Of a DNA stretch of 64,000 nucleotides, positions 39,746 to 52,870 are shown one piece after another. Under the pieces are notes generated by a model. It had not been told where the DNA came from. It searched no databases and saw only the letters and a list, made by a program, of their open reading frames with translations. A program made the position numbers and the translations under genes. Position 1 is the stretch's first letter. The number at the start of each line of letters is the position of its first letter. The DNA is from Macrostomum hystrix. Its lineage: Eukaryota > Animalia > Platyhelminthes. The DNA lies in the NCBI GenBank assembly GCA_950097015.1, contig CATNEN010000024.1, positions 2,914,001 to 2,978,000 of the forward strand, read 5' to 3'.

Positions 39746-40189
39746 CACATCTGGCTATTCTGAGAACCAAATGTACCAAATGGAAGTATACATTTTCGTA
39801 TGCATACTTATAGTAGAAAATTTAGAACTCGGCGTTAAATATAGAAAAAAATTCTTGCTAGAGGCATTCATGTAGTGTGTAGTGTCTTTCAATGTGTATG
39901 TTTTATCAACAGTCGGGTGAAAAAGGGCAGTATTTTATTTGCTTGATTCAGTCAGGAAATGGATAAGGTAAACTATTCAATGTACTTTTCATGGATGTAC
40001 TCGCGTGTAGAGAATGCTTCAGGCAAAATGTTAGGTGCAAATTTGGTAAAAAGTTAGTGCTATTGAAGGATAGATATTGCTGGCAAGGACTGGTAAATCG
40101 ATTCCACTGGGTCGTTGGGAACGCTGCAAAAATGATCAAGTGAGGTGCTGACGTCATCAACACGAGAGACACTCATTAGTAGGTCGTAC

Positions 40190-43100
40190 TCAAGAAGGCT
40201 GCTCTGCTGTCATTGTTCGGAAGTTGGTCGGTGTGAGGCAGTAGATCTGAAATTCAATTTTCAAAGATCCTTGTTTGTTAATTATGTGGCTGGTTAACTT
40301 GCATTGAAATAGAGCAGCTCGCCTTATCTGTGGGAGCAACCAACATCTCTGCAGGTGGCATAGCGATGACAAATCGATGATTCTTGGCACCTGGCTTTGT
40401 CACCTGCAAACGGGAAATGCCGATGCAGACAGACTCAAGTCGATCCAGACACCTGGTGGCCAGATCACGCCACTGGCAGCCACCTGTGCCCTGGAAGAAC
40501 AGGTATGGCGTTTGGCAGATCAGGCTAGTCTGAGATTAGTGGAGTGACTGATGAAGAGATTAGTGGAGTGACTGATGAAGAGATTAGTGGAGTGACTGAT
40601 GAAGAGATTAGTGGAGTGACTGATGAAGAGATTAGTGGAGTGACTGATGAAGAGATTAGTGGAGTGACTGATGAAGAGATTAGTGGAGTGACTGATGAAG
40701 AGATTAGTGGAGTGACTGATGAAGAGATTAGTGGAGTGAATGATGAAGAGATTAGTGGAGTGACTGATGAAGAGATTAGTGGAGTGACTGATGAAGAGAT
40801 TAGTGGAGTGAATGATGAAGAGATTAGTGGAGTGACTGATGAAGAGATTAGTGGAGTGACTGATGAAGAGATTAGCGGAGTGAATGATGAAGAGATTAGT
40901 GGAGTGACTGATGAAGAGATTAGTGGAGTGACTGATGAAGAGATTAGTGAAGAAGACACGGAGATACGGAGTCGAGGAAGCTGCAAAATGGACTTCAATC
41001 GACTACCAACCTCAATCTCATAGAGACGCCGCAGAGGTGGGTCGCGCACGCTGAACAAGCGAATTTCGCTGCGCAGATGCGGCAAATTGGAGCCGGCCTC
41101 GCTGCTCTGTCGGTAGAGCCGCGGCCTCACTAATCGATTTGTCTGCTCAGGCGACATAAAATGAAATCCCTGCTCGTTTAGGTTGAACTCCAGGTCATCC
41201 GAGTCCACGGTAGTTAGGATTGTTCGCAGGAAGTTAAGCGCCGGCTCATTAAAGTAGATCTGTTTGAAAAGTAGATAGGATTTACAAGGATTTACAAGGA
41301 TTTACAAGCTAACTACCGTTCAATTTGAAAGTATGGGATGATTAGCAGGGGTTACTGGCAGAGCGCTCTAACGCGCCAAAGGTCCTGAGCTCAATTCCAC
41401 GGAGAGGCCACATTCATTTGGGGTGTAGACGCGCAGAGAAGGCTTGGGGGCTTGTCTTGCAATTCACGCCCTTGAAGGCCAACCTCCAAGGCACAGTGAG
41501 AGTGAGTGAGAGTGTACAGTGCCTGATGATTAGAAAGTCAGGGCAGATGTACAACTGTGTGAGCGTATGGCAGCGTGCAGTATCTGTGTGCGTGTGTGCT
41601 CAGGAGTCAGCTTAATTGGCAGAACTGCAACCTCACTGGCTGGGGATCTAGTGTCACCAAATGATGTGTGAGTGCCCACACAGCGCTCCTGCATATATTA
41701 TTATGATTATTATATGAAGAAAGGCACAATGGCAGATTTAAAAGCTGGATCACAAGAATTTCCGGTTTACCGTAGTAGCTATGGAACCGAGCAAGCTGAG
41801 GTACAATGTCCTCCCAGTAGCAAAAGCTTGCGTCATAAAAGGCTCCTCGACTTCCATTTCGTCATCCTGATCCAGATACTCAATGGAGCCGACACTGTTC
41901 AGCTCGGTCACGATGTGTATGACGTCTCCAAGTCGACGCCCAGTCTCCGGGTGTCGCATTGTTTTGATGTTCAGCGTGCATAGGACGGTCTCGCGGTCCA
42001 CCTGCGCGTTTTCCTGCAGCGAATTGGCTTTTGGGGATAGAATGACGCAGCAGTCGACGTACTCGATGTTGATCGCTTTGAGGTTCGCGCGGTTCAGCGT
42101 GGACCCATTCAGCGCGTATATACTAGGAAAGTTCTGAATGACGCTCCACTCACGGAAGATGAGATCGATGTTACCGATAAAGACAATATCCTTAAGCTCT
42201 TCTTTGGGTATCGTGCTAGCTCTGAGGGGCATTAGGAATGAGGTGATGTTGAGCGTTATGTCTGGTCGCTTCTCCACAATGCACACCACAATGTGATTGC
42301 GGAACTGGTAGCGCTGGTGGTTGCTGAGCATCACGGTGCTTGCCGGCCGGTTCGAGACCCAATGAAAGTAGCCGCTTGAGTCAAGGGTCAGCTCCACTGT
42401 ATCCTCTGCTTTCAACTTCTGCTGGTCTCCTGACCTGGAATATGCGGGGAAACCAGAGGGCCTTAGAAGGTGTATAATTCTACTAAATGTGATATTTTAT
42501 TGAAATCAGAATGCATCTTCTAAAATGACTCACGATTCACTTTGTGAGGGCAGTTGAGCTGCAGCAAGACTAGTTTGCCGACTGACAAACCTATCTAAAA
42601 TTGTAATCGGGAAAACCTTAGAATACAATGTTACCTAGCTAAATAATCGTCACACAATTTTTTTGGTGAAGCGGTGATTCGCAGAGCGGTAACACGTCCA
42701 ACTCTTGCACCGAGGTCCTTGAGCTCGAATGCACGGCTAGGCGCTACATTCATCTGGGGTTCAGCCGCGGAGAGAAGGCTTTGGGAGCTAGTCGCGTAAT
42801 TTACGCTCATAAGGGCCAACCCCCAAGGCACAATGAGAGTGTACACTGCCTGATCATGAGAGATTCAGGGCAGATGTACACACATATGTGAGGGTTGGGT
42901 TCTGAAATTGAAATACCTGAAATTGATGGGTTCGACTCCGCCGCGAAACTGTGCGCCTGCCTTTGAGTCGCTTCTGGACCCCGCCTCCATTCTTCATCGC
43001 CATCCTCCTCCAGCTCCTGCCGAGCCTGCTGACAGATTCTCTTATTTCTTGAACAATTATTGTTGTCGCGCAACACCAGGTCGTTGTGCCGTTGCATTGC

Positions 43101-46100
43101 GAAGTAGGCCTCCGCTGCTGCAGTCTGCGTTAAGTCCTCTGAACTTAGCCGCAGATAGGACACTCTGAGTGCATCATGGTAGGATTTTTAAGTACATTTA
43201 GATTATTTATATCAATAGGAAATCATCATTTGCTTTGCTCTGAAATTTCCCCTTCCCCGAGAATTACTTTTACTGCACCCGAACGGAGCAAAGAAAGCAC
43301 AGCTCCGTCTACATCCGTCTAGATCCGCCTAGAGGTGACCACCGAAGTCGGAAATGATCCAGACACATTCGGATGACGTGCTGATAAAGTTTGAAGGCCT
43401 GGCAAGGCAGCACTGAGGCGCTGTGCAAAGTCATGAATAGGGGTATATGAAATACACTTAGCTCTTATAGGAAAAACTGACCTTCATCCAGAACCATTGA
43501 ATATCTTGACGATTTAGTGACGAGCTGGCGACTTGATTTTTATTTCACAAGTGGGCGCAACAAAAATTTGGCCCGTGTTCTTGAGTTTCCTGTGCTTGCA
43601 TTACTCCATTCGGGTGCAGCATAAATAATTGTCAGCGGTGGGAGGGAATCCCAGCCTTGGTATAATCCCAGTTGGCGGCAAAATGCCTTTGTAGTCCTAC
43701 TGTAAACTCACTCTTTTGCATACTTTCTGTCTTTCGCAATGACAAACGCTTCCATTGTGTAAACGTCAATTATAAAATTGGAGCCTGGATTGATGATAGT
43801 CTGCGGAGAGTCGTTCTCAATGCTGTTGTCGACGTCGCTGTCGCCTCTCGGGTTGACAATCTGGACGGCCAGAAGCATGATCTCAAGCAGGTCGTAGCAC
43901 AACCGGCAGGCCTGCTGAAATGTCAGGCCGTTGAACAGCGGCGAGAATTTGACTTTGTAGAACTCAAACTGAGCACCCTGCAGGTATTCGTTCTCCCAGC
44001 TTCCATCCTCTTCCTTCATCGGTCGAAATGATCGCAGGGTGAGCAGATTGCCCAGCAAGGTTGATACACCGGGAGCTAGGCAGCTTTGGGCCAGCACGCC
44101 GTACTTCATCTCGTTGATGCACAATGCTTGGTCGCCGTGCGCGGCGCTCCAGTCCGGTATGTTGCGCAGGTAGGTCTTGCTGCGGTACAGATGCAGCTGC
44201 ACTATTATGCGTATGCACGGGCAATAATCTTTGATTGCGATCACTCGCATGATGTTTTTCAGGTCTTCGTCCTCCGGATCTTTGGCCAGGCCGTCCGTTA
44301 GTATGATGGTGGCGGTGGCCGCCTTCAGCTCGGCGCGTTTCAAATCTCGGAGCGTCATTACGTTGCCGTGCAGGTAGGTGACGTAGAGCTCCCGGGTCTT
44401 CAAAAGGGCCCGCATTTCAGCGCTCGGCTCTTCTCTGGATTGGGAGTCATTGGGGGATTTGGAGCTTCGATGGAAGATTTAGGACAACTAATTCCTAAAA
44501 TCTCTTAAAAGGACAGGGCGGATTTAGAAGGACAGCTAGGGTAGATTTAGAAGGACAGGGTGGATTTAGAAGGTCAGGGTGGGTTTAGAAGACAGGGCGA
44601 GTTTAGAAGGATAGGGCAGATTAAAAGTTTAAAATTTAGAATACAGACGAGAATGTAGCAGTTTAGGAGGATAATGTGGACTTTAGAGGCAGAACTTACT
44701 CCCCCAACATCGCCACAAACTGTCGCTTGTTCTCCGCCCGTCCTTCGTGGTAGAAATCTTCAAAGAAGGTCTCGACAGTTGTTACGTCAAAGATTCCGGC
44801 GAGAACGACATGTCTGAAAATGCAGGCTTCATTTTACTGTCGTTGTTTTTCTTTGCCTAAAGTGTAAGAAGCCCATAAGAAAAAATGACCCTCACTTTCT
44901 TCCATGCATGAGGTGGATCTTGTTTCGTCTGTACTTCTTACTCTCAGTCAGTATTTCTGACATCTCCGGTATTATACTAGTAAAGAGGCCCTGAAATAAA
45001 AAAATGTTTTTAAGTTTGACCAGGGAATGGGGCTACTACAACAGCGGGCTCGCCAAACAGTGATAGGTAGCTCACCAGTGCAAACACGACAAAGATAATT
45101 ATAAAGAATTTTCCCAGAACAGTCTTGGGAGTGTAATCACCGTAGCCCACAGTGCTCATAGTGATCAGCATGGTGTAAAAGCAGACGTGATAGTCCAAAA
45201 ACGATGAGGTCAGTGAGCCGCCGTCCTCAGTCCAGAAATCGCCAATTGATTCGATCTAAATGTTTTATTTCATATTTCATGGGGTACGATGCCTTTTTAA
45301 GCACGGGTGTTCTAATGGGTGTGTAATGCGCGTAGTTTGGGGGAAGGGTGAGCCAAGGGGTGCCCGTGCCCTCCTCCAATCAGATGGCTAAAGCCCATCA
45401 AAACCCAGGTGCACATCCAAATCCATGGTGGCACACCCAAATCCATTTTGGCACTCCTAACTCCATGGTGGCTTTCCTAACTCCATGGTGGCACTCCTAA
45501 CTCCATGTTGGCACTCCCAAATTAATGTTGGCTGTGTCACCTGTGTTAATGGACAAACCATCTCTGATTTCAAAGCAAATGAATCAATAGGAAGCACCAA
45601 CCCGCTGATAGAATCCTGCGCAAGCCAGCCAGGTGATGATGATCTTCATGAGCAGTCTCATCAGGCGAATGTCTCGCTCACCGCTGAGAATACGGCTGTA
45701 GATCAGAGCATTTATTAAGAATTTTAGACCGCCCAGCCTTGCGAACTGGAAAACTGGAATTTTGTGACAACTTTGCGCAATAAATAGTGTTTTATAAAAT
45801 TACTAAGACCAACACACGGGTGAGTGGCAGAACGACTAACGCGCTTGCGTCTTGCAGTAACGTCCCTGAGCTCGATTCCGTGGCGAGGCCACATTTATTG
45901 GGCGCAGCCGCGGATCAGAGAAGGCTTGGGGGCTTGTCGTGCAATTTACGCCCTTGAGGGCCAACCTGCAAGGCACAGTTAAATGTACATTGCCTGACGA
46001 TGAGAAAGTCAGGGCTGATGTACACACCTGTGTGAGTGTATACCTGCGTATGGTATCTGTGTGCTTATGTGCTCAGGAGTCAGCGAAATTGGCCTCCTCG

Positions 46101-48124
46101 CTGTCTGTTGGTCTAGTGTCACCAAATGATGTGCCGTTGCCCGCAGCCCTCTGCAAATATTAAGAAGAATAATGCTAGAAATACCACACTCACCGATCAT
46201 GTATTTGTCCATGAAGTACATGATGAAGGAAGGTATAAGGGTGACATGATCGGCGATGGTCTCCAGGGAAAGGAAAAAGGTAACCTTGGAGTCGCTGGCT
46301 ATGATCTGAAAATTTGTCATGCGGTTTATTTTTACTTTATTCTTTGTTACTTTACATTGAGGCCAGAAAACTAAACTGACATTCATTTCAGAAAAATAGA
46401 CTTAAGAATAACTCTTTTGACTGTCGGGCCTCATTTCAGAAGCATCTAACTATGTTCAGCCTGTAGACCACGCGTTTATGCTCATTGGCACAGCTTCCAA
46501 TTAACATTTTCCTGTCGAAGAACAAAAAAACGGTGGGATCTCACTCGACAAATGAACACCAGGGCGTAGAACACGTTGATGGCAAAGTCAACGTGGATTG
46601 AGTTGAACTGACTGCGCGAGTGGCAAGACTGCAGGCTCTTGGTGGTACCATGATCTGTCGTCGCCGAGAATGCGTACGTCATGTAGACATAGACTATAAA
46701 AGAGGCCACAACACACATGGAGTATATCGCGAGCTGGAAAGAATGAGATGTCGATTCTCAGTATTCGATTCAGTAGGTAATAATAATAATAATTGCAGGA
46801 GGGCTGTGGGCAATAGCACATCATTTAGTGACAGTTGACCCGCAGCCAGTGAGGAGGCAATTCTACCCATTCCGCTGACTCCTGAGCACACACTCACACA
46901 GACACCGTACGCAGGCTCTTCACACAGTCTAACAATCTCACCGTGCACTTTCACTGAACCTAGAAGGTTGGCCCTCAAGAGCGTAATTTGCAGAGACCCT
47001 CAAGCCCTTTTTCCGTGGCAGCGCCCGAAATTAGTGTAGCCTCGCCGCGGAATTGAGCTTAGGAGCCTTGGCGCAAATGGCAAACGCCTTAACTGTTGAA
47101 AGACCACGGCGGTATTTCAACTACCCATATTTTTAATTCGTCTGTACCACCCAAAATATTCAACCCATCGCCATGAAAAGCCAGATCACGGGCTTGCATT
47201 GCCCGCTCTATCCGATTAAACAGCTTCCAGAATCACAAACATCAGCAATTTCGACATATTCAAAGATTCTCGTCTGGGTGTCGGGTGTCAAAAACCACCA
47301 ATATATTACCACATCGTTTTTCTGCTAGCAAAATTTTGAGAGAAAACGAGGTCGGCTATAATTGTTGATCATATTGTATTGATTGTATTGATTGATTGCA
47401 TTGTTATATTACTGAACCACTATGTATTCGGCATAGAGGTTACACAGAGCAATGTTAGTTGTCCTTGTCACCAGGGTCTTCGACAAGAATCGCTGAATTA
47501 CCTGAATATCTCATAGATGCTGACGTCGGGCGAATTTGAATGTTAGTACACCGTAAAAGGCAGAAAATGTTGATCCATATGGTTGACTTTCACGAAAATC
47601 GGTCATTCGGTTTGGGAGATGTGGTGAAAGACAGTGGATATTTGAAATACCCCCGTGTGTCTTCCCCCAAAGAGGAAAAAAGCAGGGTCTTTCTACTATT
47701 TACCGCTCTGGCACTCACCTCCTTATTCAGTAGGTTATATACATGTGTAACCATGCTAACAAGCCTTCGAGTTTCGGTAATTGGTCGGTAAATTCGACTC
47801 GAACTAAAGTCACCAACATCGATTGCTCACAAGTATTTTGCCAGCATTGTTGGCTCCTTTCACAAGCGCCATGCACTCCAGGTGGATCCGAGTGTGCAGC
47901 GACGGACTGTGGCTCTTGCTGAACAGCTTCTGCCTCTTGGCATCGTCGATCTGCTTGTTCCGGATGGAGCAAGCGTTTCGGATCTGTTGGGCAGCCGTCG
48001 CGATGAGCAGAGCTGTCAGGTAGGTCCCGGCAGCCGAGCCGACGACGATCTGCCACAGGGTGGTCTGGCAGTAGACTGTCGTGTTATTGGCCGTGACAGA
48101 CAGGTTCCCCGCCGAGCTCGACAT
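40190..48124 (-). CDS. Divergent Slo1/BK (slowpoke)-family large-conductance K+ channel alpha subunit (~1079 aa, 13 exons)
   Basis: Exons (-): 48124-47831 (S0), 46733-46545 (S1-S2), 46305-46194 (S3), 45753-45602 (S4-S5), 45255-45076 (pore TMSTVGYGD, S6), 44990-44896, 44813-44700, 44434-43712 (RCK1: DPEDEDLKNIMRVIAIKDY, AQSCLAPG), 43164-42917, 42429-41771 (RCK2: NHIVVCI, FLMPLRAS, Ca-bowl region; acceptor position slightly uncertain), 41259-41011, 40490-40323, 40246-40190. The sum is 3240 nt = 1080 codons. Confidence 0.9.
40530..40950. repeat. Intronic minisatellite (Slo gene), 24-bp unit TGATGAAGAGATTAGTGGAGTGAC
   Basis: Explains the VTDEEISG and SSVTPLIS ORFs. Confidence 0.97.
41350..41715 (+). 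mobile_element. SINE family A copy, Slo intron
   Basis: Full head, body and ATT-rich tail. Confidence 0.85.
42680..42895 (+). mobile_element. SINE family A copy (5' part), Slo intron
   Basis: GAGCTCGAATGC..GCGGAGAGAAGGCTTTGGG..CAGGGCAGATGTACAC. Confidence 0.8.
45820..46165 (+). mobile_element. SINE family A copy, Slo intron 3
   Basis: Full-length match. Confidence 0.87.
46785..47095 (-). mobile_element. SINE family A copy, inverted, Slo intron 1
   Basis: The reverse complement reads head (GCTCAATTCCGCGGCGAGG), body and tail (GCCCACAGCCCTCCTGCAATTATTATT). Confidence 0.87.
47110..47660. mobile_element. Family C element copy, Slo intron 1
   Basis: Same left arm, centre (TTGTCACCAGGGTCTTCGACAAGAA) and right arm ending GGATATTTGAAATACCC. 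Confidence 0.75.
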
Positions 48125-49069
48125 GTCGATGGTGAACCTAAGCGCTGTTTGTCGACAGGGTTCGTATTCTATGCGAATTTTCCTCTAGCCCACTTCATAT
48201 CTTTTCCTTTTTCCTTCTCTCGGCACCTTTTTAATAATCTTACAGCACTTGTAGCTGCTATGTGTGTCTATAGATAAGCAAAGCAGAAAATGTTATATAG
48301 GAACAAGCAATTGTTTGAGCTCCGTGCATGAGTCTGCATTTAAGCAGGGGGTGGGGTTCGCAGGAAAGAATTTGGCTGTATGCGATGCCAAAGCAAAGAA
48401 AAGAAGCAAAAATTGCCTGCTTGCTTGGCACGCTGGTCACTCTGGCAGACGCACAATGGCTTGGAGAACTGTCGCAGCCGCCAGCCTTCATCTGCCACTG
48501 TGTTCGGCAGGCCTCTAATCTAATACATTGCACCAATAACTCATGCGCTCCTATTGCTCGAAGCCTCACACACCCAAGCATTTGACCCGAGTGCGCTCGA
48601 CCTCCCTCCCTACCTTTGGCACCTTCCGCCCTAACTATATAGCCACTGCTGAGTTCGATCGAACGAACGCGAACTCTCAAGTTCTCAGTTGGAGACAGGA
48701 CGCCAGTCATAAAATTAGTGGAATGGCGGTGGCGCACTTAATTTTAGCCCCGCTGTCGTAGAGTGCAATGAATTTCGACTTTGCGACAAGACTTTCCCTC
48801 GCAGTTCTAGCAATCGAAAATGTGTTTTAACCTATGGCCAACCCTCGCTTCAGCCTAGCATTTTAGGTACGCGTAGCAAGCAAAGGGTTAGCTTGCCAGT
48901 ACGAGCGTATTTGTAGTATGCCAAGTATTTACTTTCTGTTAAAACTTTCCACGATTGCACTCTATGTCCTTATTGCTTTGCCTCATCCAGTTCACCCCCT
49001 TAGACATTTCTGTACTCAATTGTTTGCTCCAGCCAAGGAAGCATCTTTTTTCGCTCCACTCCAGATTCA

Positions 49070-50360
49070 TCTTCTCTAAATCCATCTACTCTAGATTCAT
49101 CTACTCTAAATCCATCCACTCTAGATTCATCTACTCTAAATCCATCTACTCTCGATTCATCTACTCTAAATCCATCTACTCTAGATTCATCTACTCTAAA
49201 TCCATCTACTCTAGATTCATCTACTCTAAATCCATCTACTCTCGATTCATCTTCTCTAAATCCATCTACTCTAGATTCATCTACTCTAAATCCATCTACT
49301 CTAGATTCATCTACTCTAAATCCATCTACTCTAGATTCATCTACTCTAAATCCATCTACTCTAGATTCATCTACTCTAAATCCATCTACTCTCGATTCAT
49401 CTTCTCTAAATCCATCTACTCTAGATTCATCTACTCTAAATCCATCTACTCTAGATTCATCTACTCTAAATCCATCTACTCTAGATTCATCTACTCTAAA
49501 TCCATCTACTCTCGACTCATCTACTCTAAATCCATCTACTCTAGATTCATCTACTCTAAATCCATCTACTCTCGATTCATCTACTCTAAATCCATCTACT
49601 CTAGATTCATCTACTCTAAATCCATCTACTCTCGATTCATCTACTCTAAATCCATCTACTCTAGATTCATCTACTCTAAATCCATCCACTCTAGATTCAT
49701 CTACTCCAAATTCATATACTCTAGATTCATCTACTCTAAATCCATCTACTCTAGATTCATCTACTCTAAATCCATCTACTCTAGATTCATCTACTCTAAA
49801 TCCATCTACTCTAGATTCATCTACTCTAAATCCATCTACTCTAGATTCATCTGCTCTAAATCCATCTACTCTCGATTCATCTACTCTAAATCCATCCACT
49901 CTAGATTCATCTGCTCTAAATCCATCTACTCTCGATTCATCTACTCTAAATCCATCTACTCTAGATTCATCTACTCTAAATCCATCTACTCTCGATTCAT
50001 CTTCTCTAAATCCATCTACTCTAGATTCATCTACTCTAAATCCATCCACTCTAGATTCATCTACTCTAAATCCATCTACTCTAGATTCATCTACTCTAAA
50101 TCCATCCACTCTAAATCCATCCACTCTAGATTCATCTACTCTAAATCCATCTACTCTAGATTCATCTACTCTAAATCCATCCACTCTAGATTCATCTACT
50201 CCAAATTCATATACTCTAGATTCATCTACTCTAAATCCATCTACTCTAGATTCATCTACTCTAAATCCATCTACTCTAGATTCATCTACTCTAAATCCAT
50301 CTACTCTCGATTCATCTACTCTAAATCCATCTACTCCAGATTCATCTACTCTAAATCCAT
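49070..50360. repeat. Minisatellite, 30-bp unit TCCATCTACTCTAGATTCATCTACTCTAAA (dimer of a 15-mer)
   Basis: Explains the SKSIYSRFIY and RVDESRVDGF ORFs. Confidence 0.97.
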
Positions 50361-50994
50361 GTGATAGGCACTGCTGAGGACGCGTTACATGGCCGAGCCA
50401 CCGGCTACGGCTCATCATTTTTCCTCGTAAAAACATTAGCAAAGATCTATATAATATGAGTGTACAACTTGCGCCAGCAGCATGTGGACACAATTTACAA
50501 AAGACTGCTTTTGTATCCCAGCACTGCTTAGCCTGCTGTGTTAAGGTTTCGATGACCACTCATAGAACCAAAATTTATTAGCCCAGAGCACAAACGAGGT
50601 GACAGATGCCGGTCCCTGCCCAAGGCTTCCACCTCAACTGAAATGGATAGGGAGCAGCCGAGAGCCGACAGTCAAGTTGCTTTTATTTGTCAAGCAGTTG
50701 CCAATTCTAGTTTAGAGTACGCAAAATCTCTATTTTATCTGCCTCTGTAATATTTCTGCTGCCATCAGAAAGAAAGGAGGCTAGATTTACTGTGACTCGT
50801 TTTTCTCTTCTCTAATGGCCGGTTCTATCCAGAATACAGAAGCTTTTTGTGACTCAATTCTGAGTAAAAACATAATTTGAAAACTGATAGAATATTTGCT
50901 GGCTTGCTAAATGGACCGGTAGCTTGAGTCTAGAGACCCTCTTTTATATATAAGTAATTGCATGGTTTTATACGTAAGTAAGCTATAAGGAAGG

Positions 50995-51340
50995 GGGTCA
51001 CGTTTGCCTCTCGCACAACAGTCCCCAAGTTCGATTCCACGGCGAGGCCACATTTATTTGGGGCGCAGCCGTGGAGAGAAGGCTTGGAAGCTGGTCGTGC
51101 AATTTGCGCCCTTGAGGGCCAACCTCCAAGGCACAGTTAAATGTACACTGCCTGACGATGAGAAAGTCAGGGCTGATGTACACACCTGTGTAAGCGTATG
51201 CCTGCGTACAGTATCTGAGTGCGCGTGTGCTCAGGAGTCAACGAAACGGCCAGATTTGTCTCCTCGCTGGCTGCGGGTCAAGTGCCAGTAAATGATGTGC
51301 CATTGCCCGCAGCCCTCCTGCAATTATTTTTTATTGTTAT
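50995..51340 (+). mobile_element. SINE family A copy, intergenic
   Basis: Full-length match with B box GTTCGATTCC. Confidence 0.87.
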
Positions 51341-52870
51341 TATAAGCTAAAAGGAACCTTGTGTTCTAGTTAACGCCCCGTGATATTTTAGCCAATCTCC
51401 TAATTAAATACTTAATTATCTCAACAATTTAACCAGTGAGTCGAAGCCAGGCGGTTGGCACGGCGGGCGCAAGTTCGAACCTGGCCCTAAAGAATCGAGC
51501 ATTATCAATGTGCTTAACTCAAATTTTATTTAATGAGCGAGAGACGAAGGCAGTTTAAAAGAGAAACATTATTTTCATTGTGAATTAAAAGCAGAAACAT
51601 TGGCCTCTCGGAGAGACGCGCCGGCGCACAGCGCGCCACACTAAATAGGGCTGGGCAAGGCCGACCCCAAGAGGGGCGGCCCCGCGACCAGGCAACGTAC
51701 ATGCACCCCGCACCAATGCACAAGCCCCCAACCCCCCGGTTTAACCTCCAACCAAGCTACGCTCGGTCGGACCACTAAATTCCAAATTGTCTGTTTCGAA
51801 AGCTTTTAAAAATCGAATCTGGAAATCGGAAAAAAAGTTTCCATTGTTCGTCGAAGTTTTAATGTTCGATTTATACTACTGAAGTTTTTAATTCAGTAGC
51901 TGCACGGCAAAATATGATAGACTTTCTACACTAAAAGAAACTAGCTCTGTGTTCATACAGACTTTTTAAACGTAACAGACTTTTTTAAACAAAAAAACAA
52001 GACTTTTTAAACAAAAAAGAACAGGAAATTAAAAATTTCACTGTGTCGTTAGAACCATCTGGATAGCGAAAAATGACAACTTCTAAGCGCTAGTTACAAG
52101 CTGACAATGTTAATGTAAAGCTGTGCAACTTTATGCAGTACTGTTAGAAACTTGCGATGAAAAGACATCGAAAAATAGAAACTTCAAAGTGTGGCTTTGC
52201 AGTGAGTGATAGCAGTGAATATTTGTATTGAGAGGAAAGCATTGCCAAGATGATTGCGACATCGATATGGTCAAGCCTGATAGATAATTTTATGAAAAAG
52301 CATGCCAAATATGCCGAGAAACAAAATCGGAGAATGCACATTTTTCAAATGAAAGACGCGAACTTGGCGGGAGTCGAGGTTTCGATGGACTTTAAAAAAT
52401 AATAGAATCTGGATGTACGAGTAAAAATAAATGTAACAAAAATGACTGTCAATGACTGTAGGTGGAAACAATGTTGCACTCACCCAAAAGGCTGTAGTGC
52501 CAACACTCAATGAAATAATTTTCGGTGAAGTCTGTACAGAGAAAAACTATCCTTTAAGGGCTTAGATTACAAAAGAATAGTACTAGAGCCTGCTATTCAA
52601 TTTTTCTCGTCAAATGAGTGTCGGCTTGTGGCTAGAATGCATGCTTTAATATCTACTTGTAGTGCAATAGTAAAGAGTGCAAATGCGTTTTAACGTTTAT
52701 TGTACACAATGATGCGCATTAGAAATACGAAGATCTTGAAGAGCAGTAGTAGACCTTGTCATGCAGGTCTTTTTATACCAGAGAGAAGCGCGTGTAGAGA
52801 GCGACCAGAGAGATAAGAGAGATGCAGAAAAAAGTTAACTTCTGATTAAGCATTCGAAAGGACAATTTCC

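Noticed and set aside
43290-43430. Extra Slo exon between 43712 and 43164
   Set aside because: It has an acceptor-like site but no suitable donor before a stop. Direct splicing to 43164 restores the Slo1-like AKEV junction.
48955-50559. 469-aa and 519-aa repetitive ORFs on both strands
   Set aside because: 30-bp minisatellite artefact.
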